IMG/VR virus record: IMGVR_UViG_3300033418_000003 | Coordinates: 1 to 51,208 of that record | Source: a virus | Lineage: Duplodnaviria > Caudoviricetes | Length of the DNA: 51,208 nucleotides | Direction: 5' to 3' (one strand) | Part shown: positions 1 through 9,195 of the stretch, piece by piece | Position numbering within the stretch: the first letter of the stretch is position 1 | Layout of the letters: the number at the start of each line of letters is the position of its first letter | Notes under the pieces: model-generated | Told to the model about the DNA's origin: nothing | What the model saw: only the letters and a program-made list of their open reading frames with translations | Databases searched by the model: none | Program-made: the position numbers and the translations under genes

Positions 1-79
1 CGGCTAACTACCAGGGCTTTTTGTTGCCTGTCGCCCGCCATCGCGGACGGCGTTACGGTTTCCGCACGTGGCGGATCCG

Positions 80-1888
80 CTATCCGTTCACCCTCCCCCG
101 CTGCGCAATCGCGTAATCCACAAACGCCCCAAGCGTCGCAACAACTCGCGGAGGGTACGCGCTTTTTCCCGCCATCCCCAACGAGTACACGTGAACGCCC
201 GCCACATACGGGTCAGCGGCTACCAGCGCATCATAAGCCGCCCACTCTGCCAGCAGATCGCCGCCGAGCCTGCCCTCGTCCACGTTATACTCGGTGATGA
301 ACAGCGGTATGTCAAGGCGCATCGGCAGTATGATGTTCTCGTACAACCCGCGATACCGGCAAATGATGGAGCTTGGCCCATTTAGCGCCGTCTCGTATTC
401 GTGCAGCGAGATGGCGTGACCACCGGCGGCGGCCAGCTCGAAAACGCCGGTGTCGGCCATCGCCTCCCACTCGTCTTGCTCAGGGCAACCCAACGAGAAC
501 GAAAACAGCGCCAACCGGTAGCCGTTAGCCTCGGCAATCGCCATCGCGCGACTGAAAAACCGCGCCAACGTCACCGCTTGCGCCGGTGTCTGGCAGTCCT
601 GCTCATTGATTATCTCGATCCAGCCCAGGCGCGCCTTGTATGGCGCAAACAATGGCATTAGCGCCGCCATTCGCGCTTCAGCTTGCGCCTCCGGGTTGCC
701 CGCGTAGTCGAATCCCTCAAGTTGCAAGCCCGGCGCGTCAATGATGCGCGCAATGCGGTAACGCTCTACCGCGATATTCAAATCGCCGATGGACTGCACG
801 AGTTTGACAGTCGGCAGTACCACGCCCGCTTGCGCCAACGTCTGCACCCGGTCCAACGGGTACCCTCCGACACAATGCAGGCCGAGCTTGGTACCCTCCG
901 GCGTGTAATTTGTTGGCGTCCAGTCATCGGGAGGGGTGGGCGGCGTTGGCGGTTCCGGTTCACCGTCGCCGCCGTCATCGGGTTCACTGCCGCCAACCGC
1001 GTACTCCTCAACGGTGACACCGGGATAGTAGTCGGCATACCACGCGACCATATCCGCAACGTTAAACCGCGGGCCTTCCTGGAACTGTACCAGGTAGACA
1101 CGCCGCGCGTCCAGATCGCCCACGCCCGCGTCGTCAGCGCTTGCCGTAACCGTTGTGCCGGTTGTGCGCGCCGCCTCGGCAATGACGCGCCATTGTTGCG
1201 CCGTGGCGTTCGGGTGCATCAAATACGAAGTCTTCTCGTATTGTTCGCGGGGCGTACCGCGTCCATTCGTCGGCTCTGCAATGACTTCAAGCGCTACCGC
1301 GTCAATGAAAAAGTCTATCGGCGCAACCGCGCGCCCTTCGCAGTCTATCGCCACGATACAAGCGCCGCTTTCCGGTATCTCGGCTTCGATGGTCAGCGTT
1401 ACCCACGCCGGGTTAGCCGGGTCAGGCAGGCCGCCGCTAAACGTTGCCCAAGCGCTACACGTCTCATTGACGCATACACGAACCGCGCAAGCGCCATAAC
1501 TGCCGTCGCCGTGGTGATGCGCTTGAATTGGAGCGGAAAAGCGCACACGCGCGCCCGGCGTTACTGTCAGGTTTTGCGAAAGCGTAGCTGAGAAGCCAAC
1601 GCGAAATATTTTATATGTCACGTCGCCGTCCAATATCAGGGCGTGCGGAGCTCCAAGCTGTTCATCGGGTGGCAATTGCGCCGCGAGTTTGTGGACGCAT
1701 TCAGGCGCGGCGATGACTGCGTCAATGGCTGGCGCATCCTCACCAGGGAAAGCGCCGGCGGAATACATTGTATCGCCGTTGTCGCGCCACGTGAGCGCCC
1801 ATCTGTTCGGCGTTTGATTGCCGCTGTCTGGGTTTGTCTGATGCCAGCCGTTCTCGAATGATGGGTTTTGCAGTAGATTTGTCATCAC
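80..1888 (-). CDS. Multidomain glycoside hydrolase: N-terminal CBM-like beta-sandwich, central putative wall-binding module, Pro/Thr linker, C-terminal clan GH-A-like TIM barrel
   Basis: 602 aa. NLLQNPSFENG start typical of CBM4/9-like domains; PEPPTPPTPP linker; IEIINEQ (acid/base NE) and PLFITEYN (nucleophile) motifs match clan GH-A. Last gene of the late operon. Confidence 0.65.
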   Translation of the reverse strand: MMTNLLQNPSFENGWHQTNPDSGNQTPNRWALTWRDNGDTMYSAGAFPGEDAPAIDAVIAAPECVHKLAAQLPPDEQLGAPHALILDGDVTYKIFRVGFSATLSQNLTVTPGARVRFSAPIQAHHHGDGSYGACAVRVCVNETCSAWATFSGGLPDPANPAWVTLTIEAEIPESGACIVAIDCEGRAVAPIDFFIDAVALEVIAEPTNGRGTPREQYEKTSYLMHPNATAQQWRVIAEAARTTGTTVTASADDAGVGDLDARRVYLVQFQEGPRFNVADMVAWYADYYPGVTVEEYAVGGSEPDDGGDGEPEPPTPPTPPDDWTPTNYTPEGTKLGLHCVGGYPLDRVQTLAQAGVVLPTVKLVQSIGDLNIAVERYRIARIIDAPGLQLEGFDYAGNPEAQAEARMAALMPLFAPYKARLGWIEIINEQDCQTPAQAVTLARFFSRAMAIAEANGYRLALFSFSLGCPEQDEWEAMADTGVFELAAAGGHAISLHEYETALNGPSSIICRYRGLYENIILPMRLDIPLFITEYNVDEGRLGGDLLAEWAAYDALVAADPYVAGVHVYSLGMAGKSAYPPRVVATLGAFVDYAIAQRGRVNG

Positions 1889-2160
1889 GCAACCTTTTGG
1901 AAAATAACGTCAATTCCGCCATCATAGGCGCTCACAACTGTCCCAATACTGCCGATGGTGTCCCCAAGTGATGCGACCCGCGTTGGGTTTGGGATAATGT
2001 TTTCGTTTTCCCCAACGAATTCACTTTCTACCATCAGCGCCCCGCCGTACAGACTTGACCACTCGTCTTGTATCCTGCGCATATTGAGTATACACGCCTG
2101 ATAATCTCGCACCGCCTGCCGCGAGCGTGTAATGAAATCAGAGAATTTTGCGTTTGCCAT
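1885..2160 (-). CDS. Hypothetical protein downstream of tail fibre
   Basis: 91 aa, GGAGG RBS, overlaps the next gene's start. Confidence 0.7.
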   Translation of the reverse strand: MANAKFSDFITRSRQAVRDYQACILNMRRIQDEWSSLYGGALMVESEFVGENENIIPNPTRVASLGDTIGSIGTVVSAYDGGIDVIFQKVA

Positions 2161-2170
2161 TTGTCGCCTC

Positions 2171-4036
2171 CTAAGCGAATAGATTTACACCAGTAGTGCC
2201 GTTAAGTCTTGCCTCTATCTCGTTTACCCTTTGCTGCAAATTCGCAATCACTGACAATACCGTCTGTCCTTCGTCGCTGGTAACAAACCCATAGCCGCCA
2301 GATGCAAGGTCTTGAATGTCATAGTCAGGTGTACCCGGCGCCGTGTATTTGATCGTATCGAGCGCCGCAGTGAGAGCGCCGCCGCGTATGACGGCCGTAC
2401 CGCCGTAGAATGACAACATAGGCGCGGTTCCGCTTGCCTCAATGCGCATACCTTCGCGCTCTGCCGTGTCCCATATTGACCACACGCCGCGCGCTTTACG
2501 CGTTGCGTCGGTGGCTGTTGCCCAAACCGCTGCAATTTGCGCCATTTTGCGGTAGGTGGTATCAACTGAGCTTTCTCCGTAAAACGTGCAGGCCGGGCCG
2601 AACCCTGCCGCAGCAACGCCGGTGCTGGTGACTTGCGCCTCGAATCGTGCGACTTCAAGAATGGCGTTGGTTGTCGCGGTTTCTTGCGCGACATGCAATC
2701 GTGCAGAAGGCAAAAGGAAATAGCCGATACCAACATTTCCCGATGTGTTTAGAGTGAACCAGGTGGTGTTGTTAGTTCTTAGTTGGAAATTGTGGTTAGT
2801 CATAGACCCGGCGAATGACGCTCCGGCAACCGTCGTTCCCATAATGAACTCAATATTGTTTGTAACGTCGCGTCCCATAAAATAGGCAGCTCCGTTTCCC
2901 TGTACTGAAACCATTCTACCCGATGCCGGGGCTGCTACTGAGTTTTCTGGGGTTATTCCACTCTCTGCAAAAAGCCCAATAAACTGCTCAGACGCAGCGC
3001 CAACTGCGTGCAGCGTGTAACCAGGTGATGCGGACGCGTTTAGCCCGAGTCTGTTGTTCGCGGCATCCCAAAATAGCGCGTCTTCTGCATCCGCCGTGTT
3101 CGCATCGCTCCCAAACAGCACGCGCCCGGCGGCGACGTTGTTTGTGCGCAGTAGCGCAGTTCCCGTCGCCGGTATTGTCAGTGTGTACGCTCCGCCGAAC
3201 GAAAGACCTCCCGCCGACCATATCACGTCAGTGGCATTGCGCGTTAAAACACTGCCAGAAATACCGCCCAATACCAGCTCGTCCCAAGCTGGCGTTACGT
3301 TTCCGTATATGAGTGATCCGCGAGTTGCGCCGTTTACCACCGTGTCGCCGTGCGTAGCCGAGAGGAGATTGTGGGCCGTTGCCGGATATGTCGCTGGTGC
3401 GCCGTGGGTATGATCGCGCCGCGCTGCTATAGTCGCTGTTCCCGTTGCCGCAACGTCCCCAGGCGCGACCGTTGTCGGAACGGTAATATCAAACAACGCC
3501 TTATACCCTGGCTCAGTATCGCCATTGGACGCGCCCAAGTAATTCATAAACGTCGCCGCCGGTGCTGAAATCGCCAGGCGCGACCACGTTGGCGCGACGC
3601 CTTGCCCGGTAATCAAGTCACCGCGAACGACAGCCGCCGGTGTGGTGTCGGTGTGCGTTGCGCTCAACATATTATGGAGCAGGAGCAGAGGAGCGGCCTG
3701 ATACGAGAATCCGCCCGCGCCATCGTTGTATAGATAGCCGACAGCGTTAGCCAGCGCTGTAAACTGACTTGCGGCGTCAGGGTACGCAAACACCGGCCCG
3801 GCGATACCAGAAACAACTAAATTAGTTACCGTGAGCGTATTGGTACCATCGTCATACTCAAAACCAGCCTCGCCGCCGATAGTGTCAAGCGCCGTGCCGT
3901 ATGCGACCTGACCAGCGCCGATGGTGCCGCCGATGGCACCGCCGCCGCCGCCAACTGTTGGGACTTCGATGCGCATAAACTCAAGGCGCTTCTCGATTGC
4001 AGTTATTCGTCGCGTAATTTGTACCGGGTCAAGCAT
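2171..4036 (-). CDS. Tail fibre / receptor-binding protein
   Basis: Gly/Ala/Thr-rich; N-terminal coiled coil, GNVGIG and NNRLGLN fibre motifs, duplicated HNxLSATHxDT unit, C-terminal coiled coil. Start moved to ATG 4036 (GGAGG RBS). Confidence 0.8.
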   Translation of the reverse strand: MLDPVQITRRITAIEKRLEFMRIEVPTVGGGGGAIGGTIGAGQVAYGTALDTIGGEAGFEYDDGTNTLTVTNLVVSGIAGPVFAYPDAASQFTALANAVGYLYNDGAGGFSYQAAPLLLLHNMLSATHTDTTPAAVVRGDLITGQGVAPTWSRLAISAPAATFMNYLGASNGDTEPGYKALFDITVPTTVAPGDVAATGTATIAARRDHTHGAPATYPATAHNLLSATHGDTVVNGATRGSLIYGNVTPAWDELVLGGISGSVLTRNATDVIWSAGGLSFGGAYTLTIPATGTALLRTNNVAAGRVLFGSDANTADAEDALFWDAANNRLGLNASASPGYTLHAVGAASEQFIGLFAESGITPENSVAAPASGRMVSVQGNGAAYFMGRDVTNNIEFIMGTTVAGASFAGSMTNHNFQLRTNNTTWFTLNTSGNVGIGYFLLPSARLHVAQETATTNAILEVARFEAQVTSTGVAAAGFGPACTFYGESSVDTTYRKMAQIAAVWATATDATRKARGVWSIWDTAEREGMRIEASGTAPMLSFYGGTAVIRGGALTAALDTIKYTAPGTPDYDIQDLASGGYGFVTSDEGQTVLSVIANLQQRVNEIEARLNGTTGVNLFA

Positions 4037-5120
4037 CGGCGTCCTCCGCAAACCGTGGCGTGACGACTTCTTTATCGCGCGTAACCGTTAAGCGTACACC
4101 GGCGATAGTTAGCGATTGCGTGCGATAACCTGCCGCAACTGGAAGCGCGGTTTTGTCAGCGCCCCATAGCCCCACCCGCGTTTCAAATCGTGGCACGACA
4201 ACGCCGCCGGTGATGGTCGGCACGATACCGAAATACACGCGCGATCCAGCTTCGGCAGTGCGGTCAGAGATTGAGCGCAGCAGCTCCAACACGTTGCCAA
4301 ACTTTGCGCTATACTCGATTACAGCGCCGATGGTTTGATCACCGGCGATCTGAAAACCCAACGCCGCCGGCCATTGCCGTGCCGCCGTTGCGCCTCCGCC
4401 CATATTCTCGTAAACGAACGCTTTCATCATATCGTCTGCCGCTTCGTTTTTGCGCGCCTCTGCCGTGCCGGTTTTGTACGCTACAATGCGCCGTGCCAGC
4501 AAGTCGGTCAAGTCAGGGCCGCCAACGGTGATGGTGTTGGGTTCACCGGTCGAAACTTTGAGAACGTCGCCAATCTGCCAATCGTGCGGGTATAGGTAAT
4601 CGAATTCGATATTACGCGGCGCGAAGTTGACAACCGGGCGGTGCGCGTACAGCTCGCCTTGTGCACCGCTTTGCAAAACTGCTGTATCTGCCTCATTGGT
4701 ATCCTCATAGAATCCCTCGCGCCTGTTGAGCGGCGACGCCACCAGCCGTGTATCATTGCCAATGTACGTCAGCACCCGCGCCGATTCAGTGCCGGACCCG
4801 GCAGCAAAACACCACGTCCATTCTTGCGTGTAATCTTCGGTGTAGGCGTATCCTTGCGCGTTCTCCTCATAGCTGCGCAGGAATCCGCAAAATACCAACC
4901 GCTCAGAGCGCCCATACGGCGCACGCCATACCTCAATGCGGCGATCCAGCGCCAGCGCGTTACCGCTGAAAAACAGCGGGCGCGGGAAGCGTTCCGCCGC
5001 AAACTTCAGCGACCACGCGCCAACATCATTTTGCGATATGGCGCAATCGAGCGCGTCATACCCGGATACGGTATCAATACGCCGTCCAAAAGCGTCGGTG
5101 ACGTAAATCGTTACGCTCAT
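4029..5120 (-). CDS. Siphovirus baseplate hub / Tal-like minor tail protein (ReqiPepy6 Gp37-like), internal blocks permuted
   Basis: Family motifs NDVGAWSL, LLARRIV, AAGSGTESAR, NRREGF, DWQIGDVLKV all present; lies between Dit and fibre genes. Confidence 0.8.
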   Translation of the reverse strand: MSVTIYVTDAFGRRIDTVSGYDALDCAISQNDVGAWSLKFAAERFPRPLFFSGNALALDRRIEVWRAPYGRSERLVFCGFLRSYEENAQGYAYTEDYTQEWTWCFAAGSGTESARVLTYIGNDTRLVASPLNRREGFYEDTNEADTAVLQSGAQGELYAHRPVVNFAPRNIEFDYLYPHDWQIGDVLKVSTGEPNTITVGGPDLTDLLARRIVAYKTGTAEARKNEAADDMMKAFVYENMGGGATAARQWPAALGFQIAGDQTIGAVIEYSAKFGNVLELLRSISDRTAEAGSRVYFGIVPTITGGVVVPRFETRVGLWGADKTALPVAAGYRTQSLTIAGVRLTVTRDKEVVTPRFAEDADA

Positions 5121-7595
5121 TTAATCGTTATCCTCTGCCGCGTCAACCGCCGAGTATTGGATATTCCAATAAGCGCGCGTGATGACCGTCGCGCCACCGC
5201 CGGTAGACACAAACGCGGCGATGGTGTTGTCGCCCGCTTGCAGGTACAACCCGCGCGCCTCAGTCCCGCCGATAGGATAAACCTTGCGCCCCAAGCTGCT
5301 GGTAATCGTACCGGCGGCGCAATTAACACTGATAATTTCATCGGTCAAAATTAGCGGCGAGTCAAAGACAATGCGCGTTCCGTTGGTGATGTTCTCAAAA
5401 CCATACAGCCGCGCCGTCCCTGTATCTCCGTCCTTTTTTACTTCTATAATCGGATAGGTAAATGCCGCGCCGTCGGGCAAGTCAATGGTTGTAATACCTG
5501 CCGCAAGCGTTGCCGCCGGTAGCGCCGAGCACGCATAATATTCGCGCCCATCGTTGGTGATGGCGACTCCATAGACGCCAGTGAGCGAACCCCATACCAG
5601 GTTTACCAGTTCGGGCGTGTAGGCGCTACCCGACCACCGCACAATTTTTGTATTTGCCGTCAGGTCAATGACATCGGCCCACGTTCCGGTAACGATATAC
5701 GCGCCGTCGGGACGCTTACGCATAGCCCGCGCCGCGTTGGTGGTGAACCCTCCGCCAACCGCGCTCCATTGCACATAACCGCTCGATAGTAGCCCAAGCT
5801 GTATCAGTTCGCGCGCCGTCTCGCCGTCGAATGTAGCAAACGTCCCGCCCACGAATGCCGTGTCGTCGTCCGGGTCAATGTAGACAAAGCGCCCGGCGGC
5901 GTTCGCGCCCGCGCCGTTGGCGACAGTATACCAGGTGGTGGTACCCGCGTCACACCCTGAGATATACCCGGTTTGATCGCCGGTTACGATGATTTGCCCA
6001 GTTGAGCGCACGCCAACACCGCGCACGGTAGAGTCGAGCGTGACGCCATTGGCAACATAAGCGCCGGTGCTTTGCCAGCGCGCCACATAGTTAAGCGTTG
6101 TTGGTACCGAGTCTTGCGTGAACGCGCCAACTAAGATAACGTCACCCGATGACGGGTCAAGCGCCAGTCCGTGAACTGCGCCATTCAGCGGGTTGGCGTT
6201 GAGCGAGGTAAACGTATTGGTTGTGCGGTCATATATTACCGCGTAATCTCCGTTGGCGTCGCCGACGTTGGTGAAATCTCCGCCTAACATCACCCGGCCA
6301 TCAGGCAACGGCAAAAGCGCCCTCACAATCCCGGTTACAGCACCAGCTCCAAGCGCATTCCAGGTACCAGATAATGGGTTATAGGCCGCGCAATATTGCA
6401 ACGTGCCGTCGCCGTCAATGCTCGTCCAGTCGCCGCCGAAATAGATAACGCCATCATTCGCTACTGCCACCGCGAACGCCGTCCCGGTACCGGCGACCGT
6501 AGTCATTAGCGGCGACCATACGCCGTCGGCGTGCTCCAATGCAAAACAATCGGTGTAAGTCAGATCGTCGGTGAAATCAAGATCGTCGCCGTCCTGGAGC
6601 TGCGAATAGAAATTAGGGTTGTCGTTGGCTACCATCCGCAGCGCCGCTTTTTCGGTGCGGGTATCGTCAGCGGTCAGCGCGCCATCAAGCCCTCCCTCAT
6701 AGCTCGCCTCAATGATTAGCGACTTTTGCGTCCCGGTGTACCTCCAGCGTACCGGCTGCGCCCGGCGATTCTCTAGCGGATATGTCAATGGGCTAAGATT
6801 GTGGATGAACTCATTGCGATTCAAGCGCAGATCGTTGAAATCTACCGGGTCAAAAATGCCGCCAAGCTGAAAAACGCGCCGCTCGACTTTGACGCCGGTT
6901 GGTTGCGTTCCTGGGAACTTGTTGCGGTTTTGCTCCAAGTAATCGAAAGGGCGCAACCCAGTCCCGCTTTCTGAGCTGAGGATAAACCGGTGTTCTGTTT
7001 GCGGGTCAATCCACACCCCGCCGCCGCGCGTTGTCGCCGGTCGGCGTGAGCTGCTGGCGTGCGGCGCGCCATCCCAGGTACACCCTGGCTGGTCGCCGTC
7101 CAAATACGTCGCGTCAGGTTGTGACACTACCTCAATGCCGTCAGTGTAGAATGGCGATCCAGCTTGCGCCAACGCTGCCACGCGATAGGTCGGAGTTGTT
7201 GCGCCAACTCCCGTGGCAAACGGCAACGTCACATTTTGCCAATCGCCGGTGGCTACCACGTCAATGGTATCGTTCGGACCGGCAGGCCAGGTGTCGTAAA
7301 CCGCCGCGCGGTAAGTTTGCCCAAGAACGCCCTTAATGCGCAGCTTGAAATAATAGGTAGTCAGCGGGACAATCGAGAGCGCCGCCTGATAATACCAATC
7401 GGGAGCGGCGACCGCGTTGGACGCCCGCACCGCAGCCGCGCCAATCCACGACGTGCCGCCGTCGCGTGCTATAGCTGTTGCGCCGCTGCCGGTGAACCCG
7501 TCAACGTCAAACTCTGCCGACGGGTTGAGAAAGTGATTCACGTCCGCCACCGGGCGCAGGTATTCCCAGATTACGCTGTTGCATTTTATCGCCAC
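5121..7595 (-). CDS. Evolved distal tail protein (Dit) with N-terminal CBM-like domain and inserted beta-propeller
   Basis: Follows tape measure; NHFLNPSAEF CBM-like start; ERRVFQLGG and LQAGDNTI Dit-like motifs; repeated xxGGxFT / NGAVxxL propeller blades. GTG 7595 has GGGAGG RBS. Confidence 0.75.
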   Translation of the reverse strand: MAIKCNSVIWEYLRPVADVNHFLNPSAEFDVDGFTGSGATAIARDGGTSWIGAAAVRASNAVAAPDWYYQAALSIVPLTTYYFKLRIKGVLGQTYRAAVYDTWPAGPNDTIDVVATGDWQNVTLPFATGVGATTPTYRVAALAQAGSPFYTDGIEVVSQPDATYLDGDQPGCTWDGAPHASSSRRPATTRGGGVWIDPQTEHRFILSSESGTGLRPFDYLEQNRNKFPGTQPTGVKVERRVFQLGGIFDPVDFNDLRLNRNEFIHNLSPLTYPLENRRAQPVRWRYTGTQKSLIIEASYEGGLDGALTADDTRTEKAALRMVANDNPNFYSQLQDGDDLDFTDDLTYTDCFALEHADGVWSPLMTTVAGTGTAFAVAVANDGVIYFGGDWTSIDGDGTLQYCAAYNPLSGTWNALGAGAVTGIVRALLPLPDGRVMLGGDFTNVGDANGDYAVIYDRTTNTFTSLNANPLNGAVHGLALDPSSGDVILVGAFTQDSVPTTLNYVARWQSTGAYVANGVTLDSTVRGVGVRSTGQIIVTGDQTGYISGCDAGTTTWYTVANGAGANAAGRFVYIDPDDDTAFVGGTFATFDGETARELIQLGLLSSGYVQWSAVGGGFTTNAARAMRKRPDGAYIVTGTWADVIDLTANTKIVRWSGSAYTPELVNLVWGSLTGVYGVAITNDGREYYACSALPAATLAAGITTIDLPDGAAFTYPIIEVKKDGDTGTARLYGFENITNGTRIVFDSPLILTDEIISVNCAAGTITSSLGRKVYPIGGTEARGLYLQAGDNTIAAFVSTGGGATVITRAYWNIQYSAVDAAEDND

Positions 7596-7596
7596 G

Positions 7597-9195
7597 CTAT
7601 GGCCTCCCGGCAAACGCCCGCATCATATTGAAATCGTCAACGACCGAAGCCGCCGCCGCGACTGAGTTCACACTTAGATTATAGTTGTTGGTAACGTTAC
7701 TCAACGGTTGCGCTGTCACCATCTCCGGGCCGCCCTCGCCGAAGATCGCCATCGTTGGGCGTGTAAAAATTCCGTTAAATCCGCTTTGCATTGCGACGGA
7801 CGGGCCGCCCTTAGCCGGCGCGTTCACGGCTACGCCAGCATTAGCGTATGCCTGCGCATCGCCGCGCATTTCTACCGTGATAGTTACAGTTTTGTCTTGC
7901 AGTCCGTCAATGTTTGATTTTATTTTGCTGACCGCAAGAGCATAGGCGTCCGCCGATATTCTGCCAGATGCATACGATGCGGTTACGCTGTCAATGGCGC
8001 TTTGTGCGCTGCGCTCGGCATCTGTTAGAAGCCCTGACGTTGTGAGTAATGACTCTTTCGCCGCCAGATATTGCTCGGTTGTGATTGTCCCATTTTTCTC
8101 GGCTTCACTTAGAGCGTTGATTTGTTCAGCCACGTATTGTGCCATTGACATTTCGCCAAGCGCCGCCGCAGCGCTTAAGTATGCGTCCTTTTGCGCGTTC
8201 GTTGCTTCGGTGTTTGCCCGCACCGCCGCGTCGTATTTGATGATGGCGTCCTGGGTTGACGTTAGCGCGAATTGATTCTGTCCTGCGATAGTCGTCGCCT
8301 GCGCCATCTCAGTATTCATAAAGGTTATGTCAGACGTTGCGTTGCTCAAGGCCGATCCAAGTCTATTCATTGACAATGACGCCTGGTCTGCTGCCGTGCC
8401 TAATCCGAGAATACCAACAACATAGAATTCCGTCCACTTGTTTTGAAACTCTGTCAGCGCGTCAAGCCCGCCTGCCAGCACGTCGAATAGCCCGCCGGTA
8501 CCAGCATAGGCCGCCTTTGCCGCGTCGGTGTAGTTTCCGAGTGATGCCTTGAAGCGATCAAACCCGTCAGCAGCAGACGCAGTATTCCCGCCGGCCTGCT
8601 GTATCAGCACGTCGCCTTTTGCTAAAACCTCATTGAGCAACGCCAGCTTTTTCTCGTTGTCTGTCAATTGCGCAGCGGTCTTGCCAAGCGCCGCCGCATA
8701 GTCTTTGTTGGCTTTTTCCTGTGAGATAACCAAGCCCAAGTTATCCAAAATCATTGGGCTTCCGCGCTTGATACCGGTTGAAATTGACTCGTAAAGGAAA
8801 GCGGTATCTCCTAACGTTGGGTTTAGCTTGTTGGCGGCCTTCGCAATTTCCATAAGCTGCGGTGTAGCTTCGCCAAGCCCTGCCGCCAAATCTCCAGAAG
8901 CGCCCGCCATTAGCGTAAGCGTCGCGCTCATTAGCGTCATATCGTCAACCGTTCCTCCGCTCGCCTTGCGCAGTGCTTCCAGCGACACCCCCAAGCCATC
9001 AAATGACGCTTTTGTTTGCGCTACCTTTGCCCCGGCGTTGCCAACCTCGAAAATTGCCTTACCTAAATCTAGCAGCGGCTTGACGGCACCAAGCGCGTTA
9101 CCGGCAAGGCCGGTTACAACGTCGGCCACAGCGCCAACGCCTTTTATGGCATTCCCGGTTTGGTTGATAACTATTTCGATTGTGTTTTTCGCCAC
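7597..9195 (-). CDS. Tape measure protein
   Basis: 532 aa Ala-rich helical; LRKASGGTVDD and SPMILDNLGL TMP motifs; C-terminal FTRPTMAIFGEGGPEMV; follows tail chaperones. Confidence 0.9.
   Translation of the reverse strand: MAKNTIEIVINQTGNAIKGVGAVADVVTGLAGNALGAVKPLLDLGKAIFEVGNAGAKVAQTKASFDGLGVSLEALRKASGGTVDDMTLMSATLTLMAGASGDLAAGLGEATPQLMEIAKAANKLNPTLGDTAFLYESISTGIKRGSPMILDNLGLVISQEKANKDYAAALGKTAAQLTDNEKKLALLNEVLAKGDVLIQQAGGNTASAADGFDRFKASLGNYTDAAKAAYAGTGGLFDVLAGGLDALTEFQNKWTEFYVVGILGLGTAADQASLSMNRLGSALSNATSDITFMNTEMAQATTIAGQNQFALTSTQDAIIKYDAAVRANTEATNAQKDAYLSAAAALGEMSMAQYVAEQINALSEAEKNGTITTEQYLAAKESLLTTSGLLTDAERSAQSAIDSVTASYASGRISADAYALAVSKIKSNIDGLQDKTVTITVEMRGDAQAYANAGVAVNAPAKGGPSVAMQSGFNGIFTRPTMAIFGEGGPEMVTAQPLSNVTNNYNLSVNSVAAAASVVDDFNMMRAFAGRP

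Noticed and set aside
1-12. CGGCTAACTAC matches a 16S rRNA conserved stretch
   Set aside because: Only 11 nt, with no rRNA context.
1-25. Window ends may join into a circle: final GA + CGGCTAA reads Asp-Gly-stop for the last ORF
   Set aside because: Could easily be chance; bases 1-22 look like the right half of a terminator hairpin whose left arm is not at the window end, and there is no terminal repeat.
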